The translations under genes and the position numbers were made by a program. DNA of 32,000 nucleotides from Candidatus Pelagibacter sp. HTCC7211 (GTDB lineage: Bacteria; Pseudomonadota; Alphaproteobacteria; Pelagibacterales; Pelagibacteraceae): assembly GCF_000155895.1 (NCBI RefSeq), contig NZ_DS995298.1, forward strand, positions 570,001 to 602,000, written 5' to 3'. Positions within the stretch are counted from its first letter, which is position 1. The number at the start of each line of letters is the position of its first letter. This document shows, one piece after another, positions 1-9,525 of this stretch. Below the pieces are notes generated by a model. The model did not search any database, was not told where the DNA came from, and saw only the letters and a program-made list of their open reading frames with translations.

Positions 1-270
1 ATAGTTGGCCCAGTGCTAGTTAACGTTATGGCTCAAGCTGGCTTTCCTGAAGTACAAGCAGCTATCGTTGTAATAGTTGGCTTTTTAATAGGATCAGTGA
101 CACCACCTGTTGGTGTTGCGTATTTTACTGCTGCAACAATAGCACAGGTACGCCTAGAAAAGGTAGCTGTTGCATTAATTCCCTATCTAATTGGGCTGTT
201 TTTACTTTTATTTTTTATTCTTGTTATTCCTGAATTAACCATGTTTCTTCCAAACCTAATGAGTAGTTAG
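1..270 (+). CDS. TRAP transporter large permease (DctM family), C-terminal fragment; the 5' end lies upstream of the window
   Basis: Frame 1 is open from base 1 (IVGPVLVNVMAQ...), so the GTG at 13 in the ORF track is not the true start. The hydrophobic C-terminus with ...GSVTPPVGVAYF... resembles the conserved TPPVG segment of DctM permeases. A DctQ-like gene starts 4 nt after the stop. Confidence 0.7.
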   Translation: MVGPVLVNVMAQAGFPEVQAAIVVIVGFLIGSVTPPVGVAYFTAATIAQVRLEKVAVALIPYLIGLFLLLFFILVIPELTMFLPNLMSS

Positions 271-274
271 CGAT

Positions 275-784
275 ATGTTGAAATTTTTAAACAACATTGA
301 CCGTTCTATCCATCGTATATTGGAAGCTATGTGCTCAATCTTTTTAGCTGCGATGGTTGGCTTCACTATTTATAACGTCACCATGCGATATGTTTTCAAT
401 AACCCTCCTGTTTGGGGAGATCTACTAACAGTATTAAGTAATATTTGGTTGATGTTTATTGCACTTTCTTTAACAGCTAGAGATAATGAGCATATAGCTT
501 TAAATTTAATTTATGAAAAATTACCAAATAGAATATCGCTATATATACGTCAGTTCTGGAAAGTAATGATTATGATAATTGGTATAGTTCTGATGATTTA
601 TGGAGTTGAACTTGTAGAAGGTATGCGTGGGAAATACTGGGAGATGTGGTATTTCGAAATTAGCTTTCAGGGTATTGAGTTCAAAGAGAATTATATGCCA
701 AAGAAATATGCAGTTGCAATCTTGCCATTAGCTGGATTTTTGACAACAGCTGGTGCTCTAATTTCTTTTGTGAAAAAGACATAG
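275..784 (+). CDS. TRAP transporter small permease (DctQ family)
   Basis: 169 aa with about four hydrophobic helices. The N-terminal ...MRYVFNNPPVWGDLL... matches my recollection of the DctQ signature. The ATG is 4 nt after the DctM-like stop. Confidence 0.7.
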   Translation: MLKFLNNIDRSIHRILEAMCSIFLAAMVGFTIYNVTMRYVFNNPPVWGDLLTVLSNIWLMFIALSLTARDNEHIALNLIYEKLPNRISLYIRQFWKVMIMIIGIVLMIYGVELVEGMRGKYWEMWYFEISFQGIEFKENYMPKKYAVAILPLAGFLTTAGALISFVKKT

Positions 785-903
785 TTTAATATATTTATTG
801 TCACATTCTTCACTTACTTAGACTTTCTTTAATGTATACAAGTCGTAAAATCTTTGGTAATTTATATTAACAGTACATTATTTATAAATAAGTGTTGATG
901 CAG

Positions 904-1064
904 ACGGGAGACAGAATAGAGCCTTAGTATTAAGGAAAATCATTCGGCCGAAGGAGCAACCACCCAGGAAACTCTCAGGTAAAAAGGACCGTAACATATT
1001 AACTCTGGAAAGAGATTAAATTCTCGCCGAAGGAGCAAAACTCTCAGGCAAATATACAGATGGG
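904..1064 (+). promoter_or_regulatory. Tandem glycine riboswitch (two aptamers) in the gcvT leader
   Basis: Aptamer 1 spans about 904-992: ACGGGAGAC...CGGCCGAAGGAGCAAC...CTCTCAGGTAAAAAGGACCGT, with P1 ACGG/CCGT. Aptamer 2 spans about 1002-1064: CTCTGGAAAGAG...CTCGCCGAAGGAGCAAAACTCTCAGGCAAA...ACAGATGG. Both carry the conserved GGAGA / CCGAAGGAGCAA / CTCAGG blocks of the glycine riboswitch class. The element ends 15 nt before the gcvT ATG. Confidence 0.9.
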
Positions 1065-1078
1065 TAAAACGAGTTAAT

Positions 1079-2182
1079 ATGGAAATAAAAAAGACTTCAC
1101 TAAATAATCTACACAAAGACAATCAAGCTAAATTTGTAGAGTTTGCTGGTTATGAGATGCCAATACAATACAGCAAAGGTATTATTGAGGAACATAAATT
1201 TACAAGACTTCATTCTGGAATATTTGATGTATCTCACATGGGTCAGCTATTTATATATGGTGATGAAAACTTAACAGAAGAATTAGAAAAAATTTTTCCT
1301 TTAGATTTAAAAAATCTAAAACAAAACAGTTCTAAGTATAGTTTTTTAATGAACGAGGATGCTGGAATTTATGATGATCTAATTATTACTAAAATTGAAG
1401 ATGGATATTTAATTATACTAAATGCTGCATGCAAAGATAAAGATTTTGAGATTTTATCCAATCTTCTAGGTACGAAATTTAAAATGAATTTAGACAACAA
1501 TAGATCATTGATAGCAATTCAGGGACCTAAGTCTGTTGAAATTTTAAACTCAATTATAAATGGGGTCGACCAACTAAATTTTATGTCAGGAAATTGGTTT
1601 GATTCTGATAATCAAAAATTATTTGTCACTAGATCAGGTTACACAGGTGAAGATGGATTTGAAGTATCAATTTCTAACGATAAAGCTGAAAAATTTGTGC
1701 AAAATCTAATTGAAAAAGGGGCACAACTTATAGGACTTGGGGCAAGAGATACCTTGAGATTAGAAGCTGGATTATGTTTATATGGTCACGAACTAAATTT
1801 AAATAAAACACCAATTGAAGCAAACCTTAAATGGGCAATCTCAAAATCAAGATTGTCAAATGGAGGTTTTATTGGATCAGAAAAAATTATGAACCAAATA
1901 CAAGATGGAGCAAATCAAATAAGAGTAGGGATTAAACCTAAAGGTAGATTGATTGCTAGAGAAAAAACTAAAATATTTAATGATACAGAGTCGCAAATCG
2001 GTGAGATAACAAGTGGAACGTTTGGACCAAGTGTAAATGGTCCTATAGCGATGGGTTATGTTGATAAAGATTTTTCAAAAGTTGATACCAAGATTTTGCT
2101 TGAGGTTAGAGGAAAAAAATATCCAGCAAATATTTGTGCATTACCATTTTATAAAAAAAATTATGTGAAAGGAGTAAATTAA
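1079..2182 (+). CDS. gcvT: Glycine cleavage system T protein (aminomethyltransferase)
   Basis: 367 aa. It has the typical GcvT N-terminus (...[35 protein letters not shown]...) and ...[14 protein letters not shown].... It is followed by gcvH and gcvP, and its stop overlaps the gcvH ATG by 1 nt (TAATG). Confidence 0.95.
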   Translation: MEIKKTSLNNLHKDNQAKFVEFAGYEMPIQYSKGIIEEHKFTRLHSGIFDVSHMGQLFIYGDENLTEELEKIFPLDLKNLKQNSSKYSFLMNEDAGIYDDLIITKIEDGYLIILNAACKDKDFEILSNLLGTKFKMNLDNNRSLIAIQGPKSVEILNSIINGVDQLNFMSGNWFDSDNQKLFVTRSGYTGEDGFEVSISNDKAEKFVQNLIEKGAQLIGLGARDTLRLEAGLCLYGHELNLNKTPIEANLKWAISKSRLSNGGFIGSEKIMNQIQDGANQIRVGIKPKGRLIAREKTKIFNDTESQIGEITSGTFGPSVNGPIAMGYVDKDFSKVDTKILLEVRGKKYPANICALPFYKKNYVKGVN

Positions 2183-2562
2183 TGAGTGAAGTAAAATTTT
2201 CGAAAGAACATGAGTGGATTACTTTAGAGGGAGATGTAGCTACAATAGGAATTACAAAGCATGCAACAGAAATGCTTGGAGATATAGTTTTTGCTGAACT
2301 TCCTGAAAAAGGATCTAATGTTGAAAAAGATGGTACTGCAGGGGTGGTAGAATCTACAAAAGCTGCAAGCGATGTTTATACTCCAATTAGTGGCGAGGTA
2401 GTAGATACTAATCAAGCTATAGTTGATGATCCTTCCAAAATTAATGAAGATCCAGAAGGATCAGCATGGTTTTTTAAACTTAAAATGAAAGATCAATCTG
2501 AAATGGATAGCCTTATGAACAAAGAAGAATACGAAAAATTTGCAAAGGAGAGCTCAAGCTAA
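2182..2562 (+). CDS. gcvH: Glycine cleavage system H protein (lipoyl carrier)
   Basis: 126 aa. It has ...FSKEHEWI... and the lipoyl-lysine context ...[18 protein letters not shown].... Position is between gcvT and gcvP. Confidence 0.95.
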   Translation: MSEVKFSKEHEWITLEGDVATIGITKHATEMLGDIVFAELPEKGSNVEKDGTAGVVESTKAASDVYTPISGEVVDTNQAIVDDPSKINEDPEGSAWFFKLKMKDQSEMDSLMNKEEYEKFAKESSS

Positions 2563-5432
2563 TGTTACATAATTCTCAAAAAGATTTTTTAAAAAGACAC
2601 ATTGGACCTTCTGATGAAGATCAAAATAAAATGTTGAAGGAACTTAATTATAAATCACTAGATGATTTAATCAAAAGTACAGTTCCAGAAAAAATCCAAT
2701 TAAAAGATGAATTAAATATTGGTGAGTCAAATTCAGAATATGAAGCATTAAGAAAATTAAAAGTAATTTCGAAAAAAAATCAAATTTACTCTAACTTTAT
2801 AGGAATGGGTTATTATGGAACTTACACTCCATACGTAATTCTAAGAAATATTTTAGAAAATCCAGGTTGGTACACTGCTTATACACCTTATCAGCCAGAA
2901 GTAGCTCAAGGTAGATTAGAAATGCTACTTAATTTTCAACAAATGATTGTTGATTTCACAGGTATGGATATAGCAAATGCGTCTTTATTAGATGAAGGAA
3001 CAGCAGCTGCAGAGGCCATGGGATTAAGTCACAGATTAAATAAAAAGGATAGTAATTTAGTTTTTGTATCAGAAAATTGTCATCCTCAAACAATAGATGT
3101 AATTCAAACAAGAGCAGAACCAATGGGTTTAAAAGTACTAGTTGGCGATGAAGATAAAGTATTGGATCAATTAAAAGAAGATTTGGTTTGCGGAATATTA
3201 CAATATCCAGGAACTTTGGGAGATATCAAAGATCCTAGTGAAGCAATAAGTAAAATCCATAAAAAAAACGGTAAGGCAGTCCTAGTCTCTGATTTATTAG
3301 CTTTAGCACTACTAAAAACTCCTAGAGAACTAGGTGCAGATATAGCCGTAGGTAGCTCTCAAAGATTTGGAATTCCAATGGGTTATGGTGGACCACATGC
3401 TGCATTCTTTGCGACTAAAGATGAATTTAAAAGATCAATGCCAGGAAGAATTATTGGTGTTTCAGTTGATAGGCATGGAAATAAAGCTTACCGATTGTCG
3501 CTTCAAACAAGAGAACAACATATTAGAAGAGACAAAGCCACAAGTAATATTTGTACTGCACAAGCGTTGTTAGCAATTGTTTCAGCAGCATATGCTATAT
3601 ATCATGGTCCAGAAGGCATTCGTACTATTGCTGAGCGAGTTTCTCAATTAGCTAAAAACTTTGCAGATAAATTAAAACAATCAGGATATGAGATTTATTC
3701 AGATCATTTCTTTGACACAGTCACAATCGTTACTAAAGAAAAAACTGATCAAATCTATAAAAATGCACTAGATCAAAAAGTAAACATCAGAAAAGTTAAT
3801 TCTGAAATGTTAGCAGTTTCTTTTGATGAAAAGAAAAATGTTTATAGAGCAAATCAATTATTAAAAATTTTTAATGCAGCGGAGTCAATTAAAAGAGAGG
3901 ATCCTTCTGCAAGTTTGCCTAATCTACCAAAAAATTTATTAAGAACATCAAAATATTTAGAACATCCTGTTTTTAATTCATATCATTCAGAAACTGAAAT
4001 GCTTAGATATTTAAAAAAATTAGAAGATAAAGATATAGCACTTAACAGAACTATGATTGCACTTGGCTCATGCACTATGAAATTAAATGCTACTGCTGAA
4101 ATGATACCTATTTCATGGAGAGAATTAGCTGAGCCTCATCCGTTTGTTCCTATTGAACAGATGGAAGGATATAGAGCAATGTTCACAGATCTTAAAAATT
4201 GGCTAAGATCTATTACTGGTTTTTCTGGAGTTTCACTTCAGCCTAATGCAGGTGCTCAAGGGGAATATGCAGGATTAATGGTAATTAGAAAATATCATTT
4301 AGATAGAGGCGAAGAAAATAGAAATATTTGTTTAATACCAAGCTCAGCACACGGAACTAACCCAGCTAGTGCTCAAATGGTTGGCATGAAAGTGGTTGTA
4401 GTTGATTGTGACAAAGAAGGAAATGTTGATTTTGAAGATTTAAAGAAAAAAGCTGAAACACATTCTGAAAACCTTGGAGCATTAATGGTCACATACCCAT
4501 CTACTCATGGTGTATTTGAGGAAAAAATAACTGATATATGTAAATTAATTCACGAACATGGTGGACAAGTTTACATGGATGGTGCAAACTTAAATGCGCT
4601 TGTTGGTATAGCAAGACCTGGTAATTTTGGTCCAGATGTTTGTCATATAAATTTGCATAAAACGTTCTGTATACCACATGGTGGAGGAGGACCAGGAATG
4701 GGACCGATAGCATGTAAAAAACATTTACAAGTTTATCTACCAAATCATCCAGTTGTTAAAGATTGTGGACCTGCTACAGGAATTGGATCAGTTTCAGCAG
4801 CACCATGGGGAAGCTCAAGTATTTTATCAATTTCTTGGATGTATATAAAAATGATGGGATCTCAAGGTTTAAAACTAGCCACACAAGTTGCAATATTGAA
4901 TGCAAATTATATAGCCCATAGACTTAAAAACCATTATCCAATTCTTTATAAAGGCTCAAACGGAAATGTGGCTCATGAATGCATAATTGACATTCGATCT
5001 ATTAAAAGTGAAACGGGTATTACCGAGGAAGATATAGCTAAAAGATTGATAGATTATGGATTTCATGCACCAACAATGTCATGGCCAGTAGCTGGTACAA
5101 TGATGATCGAGCCAACAGAAAGCGAGAGCTTATCTGAACTGGATAGATTTTGTGATACTTTAATTAATATTAAATCTGAAATAGACATGATCAAGTCAGG
5201 TAAATTTGATAAAGTCGATAATCCAATTAAAAATGCACCACATACTGATATTGAATTAGCTTCAGATGAATGGAGTCATAAATACTCAAGAGAGCAAGCT
5301 GCATATCCAGCAAAATTCTTAAAAACAAATAAATTTTGGCCTCCCGTAGCAAGAGTGGATAATGTATACGGAGATAAAAATATTTTTTGTACTTGTCCTA
5401 GTATGGATGAGTTTAAAGAAGATGCAGCATAA
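2562..5432 (+). CDS. gcvP: Glycine dehydrogenase (decarboxylating), single-chain P protein
   Basis: 956 aa. It has ...YTPYQPEVAQGRLE... and the PLP-lysine region ...CHINLHKTFCIPHGGGGPGMGPI..., both characteristic of GcvP. The start overlaps the gcvH stop by 1 nt. Confidence 0.95.
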   Translation: MLHNSQKDFLKRHIGPSDEDQNKMLKELNYKSLDDLIKSTVPEKIQLKDELNIGESNSEYEALRKLKVISKKNQIYSNFIGMGYYGTYTPYVILRNILENPGWYTAYTPYQPEVAQGRLEMLLNFQQMIVDFTGMDIANASLLDEGTAAAEAMGLSHRLNKKDSNLVFVSENCHPQTIDVIQTRAEPMGLKVLVGDEDKVLDQLKEDLVCGILQYPGTLGDIKDPSEAISKIHKKNGKAVLVSDLLALALLKTPRELGADIAVGSSQRFGIPMGYGGPHAAFFATKDEFKRSMPGRIIGVSVDRHGNKAYRLSLQTREQHIRRDKATSNICTAQALLAIVSAAYAIYHGPEGIRTIAERVSQLAKNFADKLKQSGYEIYSDHFFDTVTIVTKEKTDQIYKNALDQKVNIRKVNSEMLAVSFDEKKNVYRANQLLKIFNAAESIKREDPSASLPNLPKNLLRTSKYLEHPVFNSYHSETEMLRYLKKLEDKDIALNRTMIALGSCTMKLNATAEMIPISWRELAEPHPFVPIEQMEGYRAMFTDLKNWLRSITGFSGVSLQPNAGAQGEYAGLMVIRKYHLDRGEENRNICLIPSSAHGTNPASAQMVGMKVVVVDCDKEGNVDFEDLKKKAETHSENLGALMVTYPSTHGVFEEKITDICKLIHEHGGQVYMDGANLNALVGIARPGNFGPDVCHINLHKTFCIPHGGGGPGMGPIACKKHLQVYLPNHPVVKDCGPATGIGSVSAAPWGSSSILSISWMYIKMMGSQGLKLATQVAILNANYIAHRLKNHYPILYKGSNGNVAHECIIDIRSIKSETGITEEDIAKRLIDYGFHAPTMSWPVAGTMMIEPTESESLSELDRFCDTLINIKSEIDMIKSGKFDKVDNPIKNAPHTDIELASDEWSHKYSREQAAYPAKFLKTNKFWPPVARVDNVYGDKNIFCTCPSMDEFKEDAA

Positions 5433-5438
5433 TAATTA

Positions 5439-6686
5439 ATGAAAATAGCTGTTATTGGGTCAGGTATATCAGGATTAAGTTCAGCCTATTATTTATCAAA
5501 AAAACATAAAGTTGATTTGTTTGAAAAGCAAGATCGATTTGGTGGACATTCTTATACTCTTGATGTTGTTTATAGCGAAAAGGAAAAAGTTGCAGTTGAT
5601 ATTGGTTTTATGGTTTTTAATAAAGTCACATATCCAAATTTAATAAAATTTTTTGATGAAAATGATGTTAAAATTGAAAAAAGTGACATGTCATTTTCAG
5701 TTACAGTCAAAGAAAGTAATATTGAATATTGTGGCAAAGGCTTAAACGGTATTTTTTCTAATCGACAAAATTTGTTTAATATCAAATTTGTTAAAATGTT
5801 TTTTGAAATCTTAAATTTTTATAAAAATTGTGAAAATTTAGATGCTAACAATCTAGACAAACACATTACGCTTGGAGAATATTTAAAAAAAATAAAAAAA
5901 TCAAAATTCTTTGTTGATTATCATATAATTCCTATGGTTTCAGCAATATGGTCAATGCCTCCTTATGAGGCCTCTCAAATGCCAATGGTTTTTTTTCTAA
6001 ATTTTTTTAAAAACCATGGATTATTCAAACTTAAAAATCGTCCACAATGGTACACAGTTTCTAATAGGAGCAAAACATATGTGAATAAAATTCTATCAAG
6101 TATAAGTGGGGAATATTTTAAAAACTATGAAATAAATAAAGTTATAAGAGAAAACAATCTAGTAAAAGTTTATTATGGATCTGAGAATGAATTTTTTACT
6201 TATGATAAAGTAGTGCTCGCTTCTCACGCAGATGAAACTTTAAATATTGTTTTAGATTTAACAACTCAAGAGAAAGAAATTTTAAGTAATTTTAAATATA
6301 GAAAAAATAAAGCAGTCATTCATTCGGATGAAAGTTCAATGCCAAAAAATAGAAAAGCCTGGTGTTCTTGGAATTCTTCGTTAAATCCAAAAAATAATCA
6401 ACAATCTTCAGTCACTTATTGGCTAAATCAATTACAAAACCTCAAAGTAGATAAGAATATTTTTTTAACTATAAATCCTTTTTTCAATATCAATCCTGAT
6501 CTGATTTATAATACAATAGATTTTACTCATCCTTATTATGATCAAAAAGCGTTAGAAAATCAGTCAAAATTAAGATCAATTCAAAATATTAACAATACTT
6601 TATACGCGGGCAGTTATTTTGGTTACGGATTTCATGAAGATGGCATAAAATCTTCTATTGAAATGCTTAAAACCTTAAATGATTAA
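5439..6686 (+). CDS. FAD/NAD-binding amine-oxidase-like oxidoreductase of the CFA-synthase-associated cluster
   Basis: The N-terminal Rossmann motif is KIAVIGSGISGLSSAY...FEK..RFGGH. Length is 415 aa. It sits immediately upstream of DUF1365 and a CFA-synthase-like methyltransferase, a gene trio I recall as widely conserved. Confidence 0.8.
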   Translation: MKIAVIGSGISGLSSAYYLSKKHKVDLFEKQDRFGGHSYTLDVVYSEKEKVAVDIGFMVFNKVTYPNLIKFFDENDVKIEKSDMSFSVTVKESNIEYCGKGLNGIFSNRQNLFNIKFVKMFFEILNFYKNCENLDANNLDKHITLGEYLKKIKKSKFFVDYHIIPMVSAIWSMPPYEASQMPMVFFLNFFKNHGLFKLKNRPQWYTVSNRSKTYVNKILSSISGEYFKNYEINKVIRENNLVKVYYGSENEFFTYDKVVLASHADETLNIVLDLTTQEKEILSNFKYRKNKAVIHSDESSMPKNRKAWCSWNSSLNPKNNQQSSVTYWLNQLQNLKVDKNIFLTINPFFNINPDLIYNTIDFTHPYYDQKALENQSKLRSIQNINNTLYAGSYFGYGFHEDGIKSSIEMLKTLND

Positions 6687-7443
6687 TTCTTCAATTTACA
6701 ACGGTCATGTTATTCACAAAAGATTTAAACCAAAAGTTCATTATTTTAAATACAATGTTTTTTCATTACTAATAGATCTATCTGAATTAGATCAGTTAGA
6801 TAAAAAAATTAATCTTTTTTCCTATAATAGATTTAATTTAGTCAGTTTCTATGACAAAGATCATGGTGATAGAAATGGAACCTCCTTGATAGAGTGGGTA
6901 AATAAAAATTTAGAAAAAAATAAAATTCCTACAGAAAATATAAGTATTAAATTATTATGTTACCCAAGAATTTTTGGATTTGTATTCAATCCTTTGAGTG
7001 TATTTTACGTATACAATCAAAGCAAACAACTTATTGCAATTTTGTATGAAGTTAAAAATACATTTGGTGAACAACATACTTATATATTTAGAGTTGAGGA
7101 AGATAATAATTTAATTCAAAACAATTGTTCAAAAAAATTTCATGTATCTCCTTTTATTGAAATGAAATGCAATTATTTTTTTAGAATATTAAAACCAGGA
7201 AATAAAATATCAGTTGTAATTGATCAATATGATAGTGAAGGTAAGATTTTATTTGCTTCCCAAGAGGGTGCAAGAACTGATTTAAACTCAAAGTATTTAC
7301 TTAAATCATACATAAAACATCCAATAATGACCTTTAAAATTATATTAGCGATACATTATGAAGCGTTTAAATTGTGGATAAAAGGAATTAAATTCATTAA
7401 AAAAAATATTAAAAGTAAGAATAATATTACGATTGAGAATTGA
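6679..7443 (+). CDS. DUF1365 family protein
   Basis: 254 aa. The N-terminus ...YNGHVIHKRFKPKVHYFKYNVFSLLIDLSELD... matches my memory of the DUF1365 signature. It overlaps the upstream gene by 8 nt and the downstream ATG by 1 nt. Confidence 0.75.
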   Translation: MINSSIYNGHVIHKRFKPKVHYFKYNVFSLLIDLSELDQLDKKINLFSYNRFNLVSFYDKDHGDRNGTSLIEWVNKNLEKNKIPTENISIKLLCYPRIFGFVFNPLSVFYVYNQSKQLIAILYEVKNTFGEQHTYIFRVEEDNNLIQNNCSKKFHVSPFIEMKCNYFFRILKPGNKISVVIDQYDSEGKILFASQEGARTDLNSKYLLKSYIKHPIMTFKIILAIHYEAFKLWIKGIKFIKKNIKSKNNITIEN

Positions 7444-8621
7444 TGATTTTACATACTATAGCAGATAAAATAGTTTTTAGTATTCTCAATAAAGTTGTTT
7501 ATGGTTACATAGAAATAACAACTTTTTCAGGTCAAATCTTAAAATTTGGTAACCCAGATCAAAAATTAAAAGCAACTATAAAAATTAAAAATCCAGCATT
7601 AAATTTTAATTTGATAAAAAAAGGAAGCGTAGGGTTTGCTGAGTGTTATATGCGAGATGAATTTGAAACTGATAATTTATCTAATTTAATTGAATTTACA
7701 GCTAGAAATATAGACATTGTCCATAAATTTTCTGGAATATTAGATCTTAAATTCCTTAATTTTATTAAAAATAAATTTGTCAAAAATACAAAAAGTAGGA
7801 GTAAAGCAAATATTGCAAAGCATTATGATCTTGGAAATGATTTTTTTTCTTTATGGCTAGACGAAACACTAACTTATTCAAGTGCTATATTTGATGAACA
7901 AACTAAAAATTTGTCTGAAGCACAAAATAACAAGTATCAAAAGTTAATTAATCTAATCCAACCTAATACTGGAGATCGTGTTTTAGAAATTGGTTGTGGA
8001 TGGGGCGGTTTTGCAGAATATTGTGGTAAAAACTATGATATTAAACTTGATTGTATCACAATTTCAAAAAAGCAATTCGAGTACGCTAAAGAGAGAATTC
8101 ATAATTGTGGGTTAAATGAAAAAGTAAATATTGAAATAAAAGATTATCGAGATTTAAAAGGTAAATATAATTCAATCGCTTCGATTGAAATGATAGAGGC
8201 AGTTGGGCAAAATTACTTAGAAAGTTATTTTCAAACATTGAAAAATAATTTAGCTGATGGAGGCAAGGCAGGCATTCAAGCTATTACAATAGATGACAGT
8301 TTATTTGATCGATACAAAAATAAACAAGATTTTATTCAAAAATATATCTTTCCCGGAGGTTTTTTGCCCAATAAAAATACTATCAATAAACTAGTTTCTA
8401 AAAATGGACTAACTGTTAATTCATATATTTCATATGCGGATCATTATGCAGATACACTTGCGATTTGGAAAAAAGAATTTAATAAAAAGTGGGATATGAT
8501 TAAAAACCAAGGTTTTGATTTAACCTTTAAGAGAATGTGGGAATTTTATCTATCTTATTGTGAGGCTGGATTTAAATCAAAAAATATTGATTTAATTCAA
8601 TTTTCGGTTCAAAACAAATAA
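7443..8621 (+). CDS. Cyclopropane-fatty-acyl-phospholipid synthase-like SAM-dependent methyltransferase
   Basis: The SAM motif is VLEIGCGWGGFAEY, and ...HYDLGNDFFSLWLDETLTYSSAIF... and ...WEFYLSYCEAGF... are typical of the CFA/mycolic-acid synthase family. I place the start at the ATG at 7443 (TGATG overlap) rather than the TTG at 7440 used by the ORF track. Confidence 0.85.
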   Translation: MILHTIADKIVFSILNKVVYGYIEITTFSGQILKFGNPDQKLKATIKIKNPALNFNLIKKGSVGFAECYMRDEFETDNLSNLIEFTARNIDIVHKFSGILDLKFLNFIKNKFVKNTKSRSKANIAKHYDLGNDFFSLWLDETLTYSSAIFDEQTKNLSEAQNNKYQKLINLIQPNTGDRVLEIGCGWGGFAEYCGKNYDIKLDCITISKKQFEYAKERIHNCGLNEKVNIEIKDYRDLKGKYNSIASIEMIEAVGQNYLESYFQTLKNNLADGGKAGIQAITIDDSLFDRYKNKQDFIQKYIFPGGFLPNKNTINKLVSKNGLTVNSYISYADHYADTLAIWKKEFNKKWDMIKNQGFDLTFKRMWEFYLSYCEAGFKSKNIDLIQFSVQNK

Positions 8622-8641
8622 TGAATATATTGGAGTTTTAG

Positions 8642-9190
8642 ATGCGTCATATAAAAATTGTTAACTCTATTTTATTGATAATTTCACTCTTCTTAATTAC
8701 AAGTTGTTCAAACAACAATGCAATGAAACCTGAAGATTTTAAAAACAAAGAACCAAGACTTATAATAGAGGAGTATTTAACAGGAAATGTTAAGGCTTGG
8801 GGTGTTTTACAAAATCGTTCAGGAAAAGTTACCAGACAATTTTCAGCAGATTTGGATGGATCATGGGACGGCAAACAATTAATTTTAAAAGAAAAATTTA
8901 ATTGGGATGATGGCGAAGTTCAAAATAGAGTATGGACTATCACTAAAATTGATGAAAATAATTATGAAGGTACAGCTGGAGATGTTGTTGGTAAAGCAAT
9001 AGGATATTCTTATGGACCAGCATTTAAATTTGAGTATGTTTTATTAGTTCCTGTTAAAGGTAAAGAAATGAAAATTACTTTTGATGATTGGATTTTTAAA
9101 CAAGATGAAAGAGTTGCTATAAATCGAGCGACAATGACTAAATTTGGTTTTAAGGTAGCAGAATTAACAGTCGTATTTGTAAAAGATTAA
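8642..9190 (+). CDS. DUF3833-like lipoprotein
   Basis: It has a signal peptide with the lipobox LFLITSC. The body (...FDDWIFKQDE...) resembles DUF3833, which usually accompanies the oxidase/DUF1365/CFA trio. Confidence 0.6.
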   Translation: MRHIKIVNSILLIISLFLITSCSNNNAMKPEDFKNKEPRLIIEEYLTGNVKAWGVLQNRSGKVTRQFSADLDGSWDGKQLILKEKFNWDDGEVQNRVWTITKIDENNYEGTAGDVVGKAIGYSYGPAFKFEYVLLVPVKGKEMKITFDDWIFKQDERVAINRATMTKFGFKVAELTVVFVKD

Positions 9191-9215
9191 TTTTTTTCTT
9201 TATTGTGTTTTTATA

Positions 9216-9264
9216 GCTAACAATAATCATTCTCAAAAAAAATGTGAGATTGATTATCATTCGC
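9216..9264. promoter_or_regulatory. Two Fur-box-like sites forming an imperfect inverted repeat (alternatively a weak terminator hairpin)
   Basis: 9216-9234 GCTAACAATAATCATTCTC matches the 19-bp GATAATGATAATCATTATC consensus at 15/19. 9246-9264 GAGATTGATTATCATTCGC matches at 14/19 (both hand alignments). AATCATTCTCA (9225-9235) and TGAGATTGATT (9245-9255) can also pair as a hairpin. The region lies 46-94 nt upstream of the ATG at 9310. Confidence 0.35.
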
Positions 9265-9309
9265 CAACAATCTTGTTGTTTCTTCATTAAAAAAAAATAT
9301 TATTAAATA

Positions 9310-9486
9310 ATGGAAACACAAAACTATAGTTGTAAAAAATGTGGACTTACAGTTTCATCTATATGCTCTAAATGTGATAGAGTTGTAGATGTAAAAGTTC
9401 TTGATAACGGTTGTATTGTTCAAAAGACAAAATGTAATGATTGTGCAAATGTACCTGTTATTAAAGATGTTTGTTCACAAAGTTAA
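9310..9486 (+). CDS. Small cysteine-rich protein (58 aa, three CxxC pairs), absent from the supplied ORF track
   Basis: Hand translation gives METQNYSCKKCGLTVSSICSKCDRVVDVKVLDNGCIVQKTKCNDCANVPVIKDVCSQS. It has 8 Cys in 58 residues (C8/C11, C19/C22, C35, C42/C45, C55). It fills an otherwise empty 335-nt gap between 9190 and 9526. Confidence 0.45.
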   Translation: METQNYSCKKCGLTVSSICSKCDRVVDVKVLDNGCIVQKTKCNDCANVPVIKDVCSQS

Positions 9487-9525
9487 AAATAATTAAAAAG
9501 AAGTCTATTTATCCTATAAACAAAA

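Noticed and set aside
1-784. The non-canonical TRAP gene order (dctM followed by dctQ, rather than Q then M)
   Set aside because: The order is real in the sequence. However, the upstream part of the locus is outside the window, so nothing can be concluded, and order variants exist among TRAP systems.
840-903. A sigma70-type promoter for the riboswitch/gcv leader (TTAACA ... TATAAA around 868-890)
   Set aside because: The spacing between the best -35-like and -10-like hexamers is only 10-13 nt. In this AT-rich context, hexamer matches are not informative enough to annotate.
940-1122. A 60-aa minus-strand ORF in the track
   Set aside because: It lies antisense across the glycine riboswitch and the gcvT start. 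It has no recognisable motif, and the region is fully explained by the riboswitch.
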